From positions 682,001 to 746,000 of the forward strand of contig JBHGNT010000008.1 in NCBI GenBank assembly GCA_043228905.1: 64,000 nucleotides of DNA, in the 5' to 3' direction. The notes beneath the pieces were generated by a model. The model saw only the letters and a list, made by a program, of their open reading frames with translations. It was not told the origin of the DNA and made no database searches. The stretch comes from Azolla caroliniana (taxonomy: Eukaryota; Plantae; Polypodiophyta). Positions 11,191 through 24,600 of this stretch are shown here, piece by piece. Position 1 is the stretch's first letter. Every line of letters starts with the position of its first letter. Made by a program: the position numbers and the translations under genes.

Positions 11191-13375
11191 AAGGGGAAAT
11201 CTAAAGGGGAAACGTGTTGAGAGTTATGGTGACTTAACTCTTCACAACTTGTCTATGCATTGTAAGAATTTATATGAGTTATCTCTTGCCGGAAAGATGA
11301 TGTGTTATGGTTCTCTTTCATATATGTCTCCTTTCTTTACAATTGAAGATATATGCATAGGACTTAAGAAATTGGCCTCTCGAAAGGCAAGCGATCTTCA
11401 ATGTATAAAGGCTGAAATGCTCAAATGGACAGGAAAGGAAGCACATATATGGATAAGTGATATGTTTAATGATGCATTGCAACATGGTATGTCATACAAT
11501 TGGACTTCAAATTGGATCAAACTTTTACATAAAGGTGGAGATATAAATAATGTAAACAACTATCGAACCATCATGGTTGGCTCATTAATGGCAAAACTAT
11601 TTGGATGTATAATGGAATCAAAGATAAGTGTATGGGCTGAAAAAAGTGGTAAGAGAGCTTATGGACAAGCTGGCTTTCGGAAACACCATAGCACCATTGA
11701 TCACCTTATCACCTTTCGAGTATTAATGGAGGAAAGTCGCCTTAGAGGTAAAGGTTTATATTCTTGCTTTGTAGACTTCAAGAGAGCTTTTGATATGGTA
11801 CCTCGTGAGCATATTTGGAGGCGAATGGAAGAACCTGAGGTGCCAAGTGAATATATGCTTGCAATTTCCTGAATTTATGAGAAGGTTATATGTTGTGTGC
11901 ACATGAGAGATAAACTTTCAGATTTTTTCAAAAGCACTATTGGTGTTAAGCAAGGATGCCCACTCTCACCAACACTATTTGGTCTATGCATTGATGAATT
12001 GGAAGAAATGGTTACCAAGTTTGCAAAGGAAGAATGTGTTGAAGAAGTTGCCATTGGGAATGTTGTGATTATGCTTTTGCTATATGCAAATGATGTAGTG
12101 CTTTTTGCAAATACTTTAGGAGATGCACAAAAGCTTATGAAGGCATTGGAAAAAAATTGCATGCATACTAAATTAAGTGTCAATAGTTCTAAAACAAAGA
12201 TTATGCTTGTGAAGAGCCAAAAAAGAGATAAACCATGCATTATGTACAACAATGAGCCACTTGAATGTGCAGAAAGCTTCAAATATCTTGGCCTTGAAGT
12301 TCCTTCAAATCATAGATGGAATGAATGTGCTACACGCCGCTTAGAGGCGGGTAAGCGGGCATACCATGCATTTGAGAACACATGCAATCTTGGAGATATT
12401 AAGTGTTGGGTCCTCAAGAAATATCTTTTCGACACTTTGGTGACACCGGTTCTTCTCTATGGGGTGGAAGTATGGGGCGGTAGCATCCCTAAATCTATGT
12501 GGAAAGAGTTTGAAAATGTCCAAAAGCATTTTCTTACCAAGTTTCTACAAGTTAAGAAACAAACGCCCTACACCCTCCTCCTCCTTGAGACGGGATCGCT
12601 TCCCATTGAGATCATGGCCATGGAAAGGGTTGTTGAATACATGCTTAAGGTTCAAAAGAGTCCCTCACATCGACTTCCTAGAATTTTGTGTGGGAAGCAA
12701 GCAAAAAGATCCAAAAGACGCATAAAAGCAAAATTTTGTGTTCCGGTTGGATGCAAGATATAGAAAAATGGTTTGGTAGATGGGATGCAAGACACTTGCT
12801 TCATGATGCATCATTAGATTCCTCTGTAAATGAGGCATTTTTGCAACGCCAATGTATCATGACATGGAACAAATGTGGAGGCTCACGCTTCACACATTAT
12901 ACTACACATGTTGCACCTAACTACAAAACCATATTCTTTGCGGAACGGGAAAATCGTACACATCCATACATGTTAGAGCCCATACCGTTATCTGTCATTC
13001 GAACCATTGCTTCCATGCGACTTAGCTCACATGCATTGCGATGTGAAACAGGGCGTTGGAGCACAAGTGATGAGAGTGGTCGGTTATGCACACTTTGCCC
13101 TAAACAAGTTCGTGAGTCTGAGTATCACACTTTGATACAATGCTCTGCCTTTGATCATATTCGACCATGCTTTCCACATCTCTTCGATCGAGCCCAATCT
13201 TTGCATGAATTCCTCTCACAACCACAATGTGCACTCTCGATTGCAACATTCATTGGTAAAGTTCTTGAACATCGAGAATCACTACTCACTTTCACACGTA
13301 TCACGTGAAATGTAATATTTTTGGTCTCATAGGTCATATTTGACCTCCGAAGACGATAATATAATATAATCTATC
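11190..13375 (+). mobile_element. 5'-truncated non-LTR retrotransposon, RTEX/RTE-like, lightly degenerate
   Basis: RT motifs NYRTI, QAGFR..STIDH, FVDFKRAFD, GVKQGCPLSPTLF, YANDV, FKYLG. C-terminal RLSSHALRCETGRW...CTLC...ESEYHTLIQC. Ends in (ATAAT)3 then (CTAT)3. One stop (about 11872) and one frameshift (about 12690). Confidence 0.88.
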
Positions 13376-13700
13376 TATCTATCTCTCAATTAAACATGGA
13401 AAGTAAACTACAAAGAACTCATGAACAAGAGACTATAAGGATCTATATGGGCTCATGTACACCTACAAGACCGTTTGGCAAAGGGGCAAACTCAATTTTT
13501 GAATATGTTGGATGACCAAAACAATTTTTGGAACTACTTATGCAACAACCTCGATTTTTATTATAACCCCATATAAATACTTCCATCTCCAAAATCTCAA
13601 AGTCACCTCTCTAGATTTTGCCACCCTTAGGATTTACCTTTAGTTCTTGTTTTGGGTTTTACTGTACCTTTGGAAACCCGACTTACCTTACCATTGTATT

Positions 13701-13981
13701 AGAATACATCATGCATTTGTTTTGGTCCCACCATAATGTTTCTGAGCTCCAATAAATTTTGTGCCTATTTTCTTTTCTTGATTTCATGGTCATGTAGGTA
13801 ACAAAGTCTCTTTCCTTATGATTTATCCCCCTCTTTGTTTTTTTATTTTAATTAGCTTACCCTAGTGGTATGAGAATGCATCATACATTTGTTTTGGTTC
13901 CACCATAATGTTTCTAAACTCTAGTAGATTTTGTACCTATTTTCTTTCTTGGTTTCATGGTCATTGGTAATAAAGTCTCTT

Positions 13982-13986
<5 letters not shown>
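13701..13986. repeat. Imperfect direct duplication (about 115 bp, period about 172), followed by (CT)n
   Basis: AGAATACATCATGCATTTGTTTTGG...AAAGTCTCTTTCC at 13701-13816 recurs at 13873-13986. Confidence 0.85.
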
Positions 13987-14019
<33 letters not shown>

Positions 14020-17000
14020 GTTGTTGGTTCGGTGGTTTACACAATAGCATCAAAGTCATAAAATTGAGAACCTTCTTGTTTTCTTGTTTGTTCCAATAAA
14101 AATTAATTGAATGATTGTTACCTTCTAAGGTTGTGTGGCCTACTAGTGGTAAAAAACTACCCCCCCCCCACCCACCCCTCCAAAAAAAAAAAAAAAAAGT
14201 TTTTTATGATTACAATAATGGCTAGTTGAAGGTTGTCGTTTTGCACTAACTTCAAGGGAGGTGGGAAATTTCCAAAATGTGGGTTCAATTGATTGACCAT
14301 GGGCTTCTAAGGCTTGATTCCTTGGACTGCAGCATTATATACTAAACACAGACAATGTTTTGTCACAAGAAATGGCATAAGAGATGTTGGATAAAGACAT
14401 GTCATACATTACATATATATAGACACTTATTATGCCTCTTTTTTGTGTCAAAAGTCATCATGAATTTCCTAATAAATTGATGTATTAAAACATGGGCATT
14501 TGCATAGTCAAGCTCATCGACATTTTATGGGTGGGTTACACAACAAGAGATATTCAAATTTTAATTTGATTCCACAACAAAAATGTATACTCGTTATTAA
14601 ATGAGTTCCATGCACATTGCGCACAGCTCTTGCTACTTGCATGCTCATTGATTAAAACAAAACCACTCGCATGTAATCTTCCATGAAGCAAGATTTGACT
14701 TGTCCTTAGAAAGAGAGAATGTATGCAAAGATTAACTTGAATACTCATTGAAGCATATGATTTGATTATCATCTTGTCCTTTTCATATAGGAATGACAAT
14801 ACAACATAACAAAATGTGGAATTGCAATAGTGTATGAAGGTGTCAATAATACCAAGGGGAACAATTCATTGCATTTGTAGATGACTAGTCTATAAAAGGT
14901 TTAAAGTAGGGGTTAATTTGTGTCAATCACTCTACTAGGATTTCCTATACTGCAACATTGAGAAGCGTGAATTGATTCGAAGCCTATGTAACATCATTTA
15001 ATGATTGGCTGCTATTAGGCTCTATAGACGATGGCTAAACTCTTTTGTTTTAAAAATGGATGGATTCTTTATGGAATAATTGATGTAGAGTTGGCACTAA
15101 TGTGTCAGGCACAAAATGATGTAAACCATATAGCTTTCATAAATATGTGGTTCTTGTGGAGACAAGAAGTACATTCTTGATGCCTCTTTCTTATCTGGAT
15201 TATAGTTGTACAAAGTGCAACGCGTCTTACTCTATATAAATAAGAAAGCACATTCATCTAGTACATATTAATTCCCGCACATTTACAAGTGAAATCTCCC
15301 TTACAAAGGTCAATGTTATACCAATGATTTTTTAAGTCCACGGGGCACGGGATAACACTAAACTCCATAGATATTTTATAAGCCGATGACCGAAAATCGA
15401 GAATGTGGGGGATGCACATACACATGAAATGATCAAAAAAGAATGCATGTGTGTGTGACAAGGGTGAATATCTTGATGCATGCCTCTGAAAACATGAACA
15501 TTGTTGCTACATTTGAAATATGATTTAGCATCTAAGAGAATAATTTGGTAATGAAAGAGAGATTGCAATTACAAATATAGAGGGCACAATACTTGAGCAT
15601 TTAGGGTTCAAGTGTCTTAAAACCAAACCCTTTCTTTGGCACTAGGCCAACATCCCTTTGTTCGCCAACGACAAATATTCATTGGTATAGTCATGCCGGA
15701 GACAAATTTAATTGAACTTTGGAAAAATAGTTTTGCAGTTATTTAATTAGATGTAGACTGAATGCCGGTATGTCGAAGACGAGGAAGTAAAAATGGTCAC
15801 CTCAATTCTTCCATATTATTCGAAATTCCCTATAGAAACATATACAAATATACATAGATGTGTGAATGGAAAAAAAAACCTAAGCATGTTATTGACTCCA
15901 TTCTAACAATTCGTCAACTATTTATGTGAAATAATGAAGGCAAAAGAATATTGTACACTAATAATTATTGTGAAGGCATGAAATGGGGCCAAATAACCTT
16001 ATATTAATTATTTGGAAAGAAATACGCACACCCATACACATATAGACACACACATTATGTATGGTGATATATATATATACATATATCATTGATTTAATAA
16101 AGCTTATGTATAGGTATGATTTTCATGCTAATTGTTAATGCATGCCTAGCTGGTTATTTAGAGTCAATTTAACCAATGGAAGCAAAATGAATTAATCCTA
16201 ATGTTCGCATGAATAACTAGGACTAAAGTACCACTTTTTGGATTGGAGGCATCATCGTAATTAGCTTATACTCCTCATATGTGATTATTGGACCTAATTA
16301 TTACCACTTGCTAAATGCAGTTTACATATACATATATAAATAAAAGTTGAATTAATATGCTTGAAATAATCTTATTAATATTGTTGGTGAGTAGGAGATA
16401 CCATCTTTTGACTTAGGTGATTTTTAATGAAAAATTACACAAACATTCTTAATGGAATTTCTTCTAATACATACATATATTATTATGCATAGTTTTTAGG
16501 CGAATTTCTCCCTGGATTATAATAATATACATAACTTATAGGCATACACATACATATATAATGTATATACACATATACATTGTATGCATATTATGTATAT
16601 ATATATACAGATTACTTATTCAGTTCATGCATTGATAATTGATCCATTCTTGCAATGTGAATTAGAGGTACACTGGCAGCGTCATCAGGATTCTCGTCAC
16701 AATTCTTATCATCACATTTCTTCAAGTAGAAATCCGGCCAGGTTTGCAGTGGACAGCATCGAAGAAGTTGGGGAGTTTCATAAAATGTCTAGTAACAAGA
16801 GGATAAAACTTGAAACTGTGCTTAATTGCCCAATTGTTTCTCATTCATAATATATTATGAAGAAGAGAAATAAGTAATACCGATCAAAGAAGTGCGCCAG
16901 AGATTACCTTTTTTCTGTTTTTAAAACTAATCGGTACTGAGGAGGATAGATTGCATACGTAAGAGAATCATTAATTGAGATGAGAAAGCTGATGATGCTG

Positions 17001-17559
17001 CCCGAAATACCGATGATAAACTTCGCATAAATATATTAAATCCAGTAGTAAAGAAACAAAAACAACATGGAATTGCAAAGCAAAAATAATCAGCATACTG
17101 ATTATATAAACTTCTCTTATATATTAAGCCCACTAGTAAAGACATAAAAACAACAACAAATTGCAAAGCATAATAATCAGCATGCTGAGAAGTTTATGAT
17201 CAGTATATCATTCTATAATTTATGATTAATGTAGTAGTTACAGGAGTAAATAATGATTCTAACACTTTGTTATTATTGTAATTGTTTTGATGGATAGATG
17301 CAGATTTTCTAGCATAGACTTGGAAGGGCCCCAACGACCCATGATGATGATGATGATGATGATGAAGATGATGGTCATGGTCATGGTCATCATCATCACC
17401 ATCATGCGGGATTGGGATGATCACACAAATACAGATCCTGCAAAGGAAAGTGTTTCTTCACTATTTTATTTATAGCTCTAGCTATATAAAGTTTGTTAAT
17501 ATTCTCTTCTTCACTATAATTGATTTATTTATTATAGATAGATACCCCTCCCTCCTCTT

Positions 17560-17590
<31 letters not shown>

Positions 17591-20500
17591 TTAAGAGGGC
17601 ATCTCAAAATTGATGAAATCACACTAGGAACTTGGCCCCGGACCAAAAGAAGAAAAGGAATAGGAAAAAACAAATAAACAACCCTAGTCTTGGGAACTTG
17701 TGGATACTACTGTTCATCATAATAAAATGAGAATTATAATAACAAGACGAACATGTAGCTTAACCTTTGGATACCTACAATGTGAAACTAGGCGATCAAG
17801 AATCATTGATCCAATTGGATTCTCGCGCGTTTGGTGGATGTCAGCTCAAGACGCACCAAAGTGATGTTTTGGCAAACCTTACGATGATGATAGAGATATT
17901 GTCTCTATACCGGGTGCATCATATACATAACATGGTACACATACACAACGATAGAGATGGTGTGTCACCCATTGGTCCCTATACTCCATGCATTATGTTT
18001 GTAACAAGGTACATATACAAATCTATATATGCTACACATACACATCTTGCACCACAAACACATTTATAGCTTATATGTAACATCCATGTCTACATCCCAT
18101 AAACATAACCACAAAAATACCATACATGAATGTTTGCATCTATGTACATATGTTTAGTAGATGCGTGTAGCATACATATAATTGCAAGATACAAGAAACA
18201 TTGATGATGAGATATATTATTGTCCTCATGAGGTTTAGAGAAAGAGATGATACAATCACAAAGATGTCTCAAATTATACACCTTTGTCACATGCATAAGT
18301 CGTGATGGTATAGAAAGGTTACTATGCACAATACATGCGCACACATGTGCACGTACACACCACACACAAACATGTTAATTTTTGTTCCTCGATGTGTGTT
18401 TGAGAACTACTAGGCTAAAAAAATCCTTTTCTAATGTTCCCTTTTTTTAGATGTACAGAATTTTGTTTTTGAGAACTACCAGGTAACGACGTTCCACATC
18501 CTTTTTTTACGTGTACCTAAGTTTCCTTTTGAGAACTACAATGTAAGGTGGAACCCCATCTTGTTTAAACATTTGATCTCTTTTTTTTTTCCCAATCATG
18601 TCGCAAAAGGAATAGGACATTAGCGCGACACAGGACTTTATTAGGTATCAAGGAAGCGAGGGAATCATTGAAAGAGTATTGGACTATCTTCACCTTGTCC
18701 TGTTGTGTCCCCCCCTCCACTCCAACCTTGCACGACCTTCCAATTTGTGCATTGTTCATTTTATAAGTTTCCTATGAGATTTGAATACATTTCTTGGTTA
18801 AGTATTTCTCACGTAATGAGATTTGTAAAACAAAACATATGTGGCCACATGTTATAATGGTGGTTAATTCTCCAAAGTTTAAGTTAATGTTGTCAATTTA
18901 TATGCTTACTAGATTTTATAAAAGCCATCCTTACAAATTTGTGGAAGAAATATAAGATAGATTCAGAATCATAGGAAAGCCAAAATATTGATCATGGGAG
19001 ATAGAAATAGTCTAACTATTAACACTAAGAGTTCATGATACTTAAAATTTTCCTTGTTATCAAAGACACTTTATTTGAGACACATATTTTGTTATATATG
19101 TATTGGTAGTTTTCATCTTTCATGCAAAACATTTATTTCATTGAACATTTTCACACACACCCCACCATGCCCCCTACTTATTACACCCTTACTTCCATGC
19201 ACTCCCCTTTTCTACATGTGCATGTGCACCTAAGTGCACATCACATTTATACTTCACAAACTTTGTGGTATACTTTAGCACCTTACATTTCACCTTTCCT
19301 TATACATTCTACACACCATGTGTGTCCAAGGCCTAGTTTAGAAACCCCTTTTACATAAAACTTCGACAAATTATGGATACCATTCTTCTATTCAATATGT
19401 AAATACCTCCTTTTACATGGGTGGTTATGGAAGTAGAGAATGTATTCAAAACCTATCTTATGTTGGATCTCACATTAAAAATACAGAAAAATATTGGAGA
19501 TCAGGAATCCTAGTTTCATTTGTTTAACTAGATCCAAAGAAGAAATTATTGCAAATAACGAAATGTTGTATCTCTAATAATGAAATGTGGTATCCAAATT
19601 AATACAAAGAACAAACTATTACAACAATATCCAAATTTGATTCTGTATGGAAATGATGGATCCCGTGCATTCCATTTCATGATATAAATCCATTACGTCT
19701 TTATTGGTATGCCTTGGAGGTTTAGTGTTGAATTCACCCCTTGAAGAGAACTTATCCAATCCTATATGCTAATGTCAATTATCTCGATAATAATAAGTGT
19801 GATATTTTATTCTTGTGTAGTTTTTATTAGCACTTGTACACTTCAAGAAAAGGATGGACAAACAACACCATGAAATGGAATTTCATAATTATTAGAACAA
19901 TATTTGTGTCTCAACCAAAGCATTGTTATCAAGTATCATTTAAAACCCACAAATTTTTTAATATTGTTAATCTCATCTTGTGGTATACACAAGAAGGGGA
20001 ACCTCCTCTACCCTTTTGGTGGGCAAAGAGTCCACATATATAGAGACCCAAATGGGTTGTCACACAGTGTGCATGGCGCCCAACTTCGCATGGCCACTCC
20101 ACAATATGCTTGTATATTTAGTAGTATAATTAAATATACAAAAATTAAGAGGGAAAATAATTTGGCACACAAATGACAGTTTTGGAATAACAATTCAGAA
20201 GTTCCAAAATGAGATTGGCACACTACAAACACAAAAACATGAACCAATTTACCAATAGTAAAAAAATGAGAAAAATTGATTTACCTATTGCGTTCCTCAT
20301 GCATAAATCAATCGATCATTTGACAAATTAGTATCAAGTATTCTTCATGACATAAATCAATCAATCATGTAACAAATTAACAAGTGTCACATGCAATTTG
20401 AAAGTTTTGCTTTGGGATTCGAGGAATATCTTTGAGGGGTTGGGATATCTCTAACAATGATCAGACATTCTTGTATTGCAGATTGCTTCACTTGAAGAAC

Positions 20501-21626
20501 ACCCTAAAGTGCACAAATAATGAAGATGATAAATACGGTGATTGTCAAATGGTAACATTGAAGTCATCCATGTATTCTTATCAACTCAAAAACGACTTCA
20601 TTGCCATGTATCACCTTGCCAAAGTTCTGCAGTTCAAGTTAAATTTATCAAACATTTAGAAATGTAATTCAGCATCAACTACGACAATATAAGATTGCTA
20701 TGGTCAGCCAAAGCACAAAGCAACCCCAATAAACTACTTGATGAAGATAGTTACTTCCATCATAAACTTGAATTGTAAAGATGATCCATCAGCTTCTATT
20801 TATTCAAAGCTCATGGATAGCCTCAATATAATTCAAGTTGATGATTAAAGTAAAAGTCCATTGAGTAGCAAGTACACAATACAACAATACGACAATCTAT
20901 GGATAAAGATTTTACAGGCATGAAGGGAGATGATTAGAGGCATGCACCGATTTCACAATGATGTTTTTATACACAATGGTAAATTATAAAATTGTCTCAA
21001 AATAAATTTCTAATTCACTAATTCTTATTAGAAAATTGTTCACATCCTTTCTCAGCATGAAAACTGACAAAATCTTAACAAAGACCTAGTGTAAGTTTAG
21101 AATAGAGCTGTCTAAGAATCACAAATTTACAACCTTTAATAATTAGCACTCAATTTATTAAAACATGTTTATTCTTCTGATTTGAACATGTCTAAGCATA
21201 TGGATAATGATTCAATACTATCAAAGACCAAAATGCATGCTACATTCAATGCAGCAATCTTAGAACACAAAAATGATTACTTGGCAGTCTATGAAAACTT
21301 GTTTGCTTTTCTCAATTGCAAAAGCATGAATCTGGGGAGACACTATGCCCCCAATTTACATCATTCTACAGAACAGAAATTCCTCTCAGATATATCCCTT
21401 CCCAATCAAATACCTAAAACTAAATTACATCGAGCCTTTTCCTAACTGCTTATCCTACTGGCAAGCTAGTTACAAATCAGCTACAAAATTGGAAACAGCA
21501 GAGCAATAACATTAAGAAAGAGGATTCATCTCCTCTTAACATGACGTTAAGAAAGATATAATTTATCTCATCTTAAGGCAACATTAAGGAAGATGATTTC
21601 TCTCTTCTTAACATCCCTAGCACTTG

Positions 21627-24600
21627 CTAAGAGGCTTTAAATTTCTTTGTAGGCGGGCGCCGGAACATTGAAATAAGATCATCAAAGCCCTGTAATTTCA
21701 ATAAGCATAGAAATTTGATTAGTCCGCAATAATCTCTTCAATTTTTTGTCAAAAATTCAGACCTTGTGCTTTACTAGCATATTGATGAAGGTGATGACAA
21801 CGCACCTTGGTTGTTACAACAAGAACAACAAAAAGTATAAATAAGTATGCCATGACAGCCATCAAGACCACCAAATCCAATGCAACACTGGCAACCTGTC
21901 AGATGCAACTCGTAAAAGTCAGCTTGGGACTTTCAGATTCAAGGATATTTGCATACAGCTCTATATAACTACATTGAAACTTCCAAAATGTGAAAAACGT
22001 CCACCATAAGAGCAAAAATTCCACATTACATATTTTTACTAGTATCCTTGTCAAGAATTTAAAAGGCCTCCAGATGATATGCAGTAAATGAAAAATAAAA
22101 ATAACCAAAAGATACACCTACAGTTTGCAGGAAAGATACCTTCACCAATGTGAACAAGAATGGAGTGTCAGTAAGAAACAGAAGACAAACAAGTGGTATA
22201 TTCCCAATAAGTTAATATGCATTAAGATTAAGCTCATTACATGTCGACTTTTGAACATGACCTCCTCACCCCCTTATTTATAGTTCTCGAAGTGAGGCTC
22301 CTCGACTTCTATGAGTGACCACTGCCCTATTCTTTAAGCAGGGAGTCATAAGTACATCCTATGAACTATGTAATTTTTATTTTCTACTAAATTGATTCTT
22401 AAGAGAGACGTCTCTATTAGTTTAAAGATCCTGTGTGGGTGACAAAAGCAGTTAAAAAACAAACGGAAAGTTGGAACACACCTTATATATACTCAGCTCT
22501 GCCTTCGGTGTGTCATAAAATACAAATGTATCATCTAAACTTTCCTGTTGGATGTTCACGTCTTTTGTATGTAACAAAAACTCCTGTGAAAAACATCGAT
22601 TTTACTATTTTAAATCAACATATCAAAATTATAACTACCAAATTGATAAATCTGAATTCCTGTAAAAAAGGAGTATTCTATTAATCTGATGAAGTTGCAT
22701 GTTGAGAACATCTAAATAAGAATATGAATCTGCGTACCGTCTGCAGAGCTACCATAAAAGGATCAGCTTTACTGAAAAAAGCTGCTACTCTAGGTGTACA
22801 TGACAGCAAGCTTAACCATCTGCTAATATATGAGTGACTGATAGCCAAGCTACTCCCGTCAACAAAAAATTCAAAGTTTCCCTCTTCACGATCATATATA
22901 TGCCTCTGTAAAAGACAATAATCATATCCTTCATTTAAAGTTTAATCATATTGGAAAAGTTCAGAATTCCGTAACTCCAGAACTTACAGCGAGACTTTCA
23001 GCTACAAGTTTCACCACATGTACAACTGCAGCAGCATCTATCTTCTTACTATAAAAAAAAAACATAGTTGCAGAATTTTGCATATTATTTCAAATGTATA
23101 CATTTAAACGAGATAAATGAATGAAAATGTTTATATACTTGCCTCCTATCGACTAATCCTCCGGAATTCTCTAGCCAATTTGGTGCCTTATCAAGCTTGG
23201 AGAGAGTTGCTCCAATGACCCTGTGTCTAGAGAACTGTTCATGTTCCCAAGCTACCTGTAAAATGAAATGTAACTCACAGCTGAGATCCCTGCATACCAA
23301 CACACCTAACATGTATGTAATACTATTCATGCTTACTCTAGAATTTGATATGTTTATCTTCTTATGTCTAATTTTCACTTCCAACCCCAATTGATTGGCA
23401 ACACTTTCCAAACCCTGCATCAAAGAAACATTTGAGAAATAAACAATTCTTGAACCACATTCATGTCTATATGATGATAATAGAAGTGCCGATGTACATC
23501 ATATATTTGTTTGATATATTCACTCTCTGGAGGCTTAGACACGTGTAACCAGAGTTCATTTGAGCTTGACCCAATACTGTTTAAGCAAAGAGCATAGTCA
23601 ATGCTTTCACGAAGGCGTTGATCAAAGCTGCGTAACCACTGGATCACAAAATAACCAATTGAGTACTTCATGTAAAATGACATTCAAATGAGAAACTTCA
23701 TAAAGGAGTTACCTCTACCTCAAACCATTGTTGTAAAAAACTTAGAATAGTATGCACATACAACACACAAGCTCAGTATTTAAAAAGTATTCTACCTTTT
23801 TTCTTAACCTAGAATAGATATTCTGGAGATAAAGTACATAGAATAACGTTAACTATTTCTTATATTTGTATTGCATCTAACAAATTTTCTTTTTTCTTTT
23901 TATTTTTATTTTTAGGAAACATAAAATACTTGTTCAATACATAGAATACTTGAGAATACATGGAACATTTTAAAATGGCAGTTCTAAAATGTAGAATACG
24001 TGTTAAATACTTCAAAGTACTCTAAAATATATTCTATACATAAAGTACGTGTTTTTAACATCCGCACCTCAAACATAGAAATAGCCTACCTTGGCTGTAC
24101 CATTATAATTGTAAGGACCTCCAGATGTCAAACCAAATAAAAGATTGAACTTTCCTTGAGTTCTTGGGTTTGCATATAATCTGGAAAATAATCTGGCAAG
24201 TTCTAATAAGGCGACAACACCACTTCCATTGCTGTCACTACCTTCTGACAATGCCTAACATATATATCAATTCAAATCATTTAATACCTTAACAAAAATT
24301 ACATTTAGAAAACTATGACATGATACCCACAGGTGCGACCCCAAATGTATCATATGAGGCAACTATAGCAATGGTAGGAAGTTGAGATGTATCACCCTCA
24401 CTCCGCAATCCAGGAAGCCAACCCTGAAATATGATACATTTTCCAATCATAAAAACGTTTCAATAGCACTCGACAGACATCTCTTAATATAGATAGATAT
24501 ATGTGAAATCTAGCAAAATAGAAAATATTTGCACAATGATGATGTCATCTGATTGTTTAGCAACAGTTCAATTACCTGGATATTAGTCAAACTGGTGGCT

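Noticed and set aside
16584-17700. Short ORFs with poly-His, poly-Met, poly-Phe or poly-Lys
   Set aside because: They derive from (GAT)n and (CTT)n microsatellites. No coherent spliced gene could be built, although a decayed gene cannot be excluded.
18395-20390. Small local duplications (TTTGAGAACTAC x3 at about 18400-18540; 48-bp pair at about 20293-20385)
   Set aside because: Ordinary short degenerate tandem duplications with no further structure.
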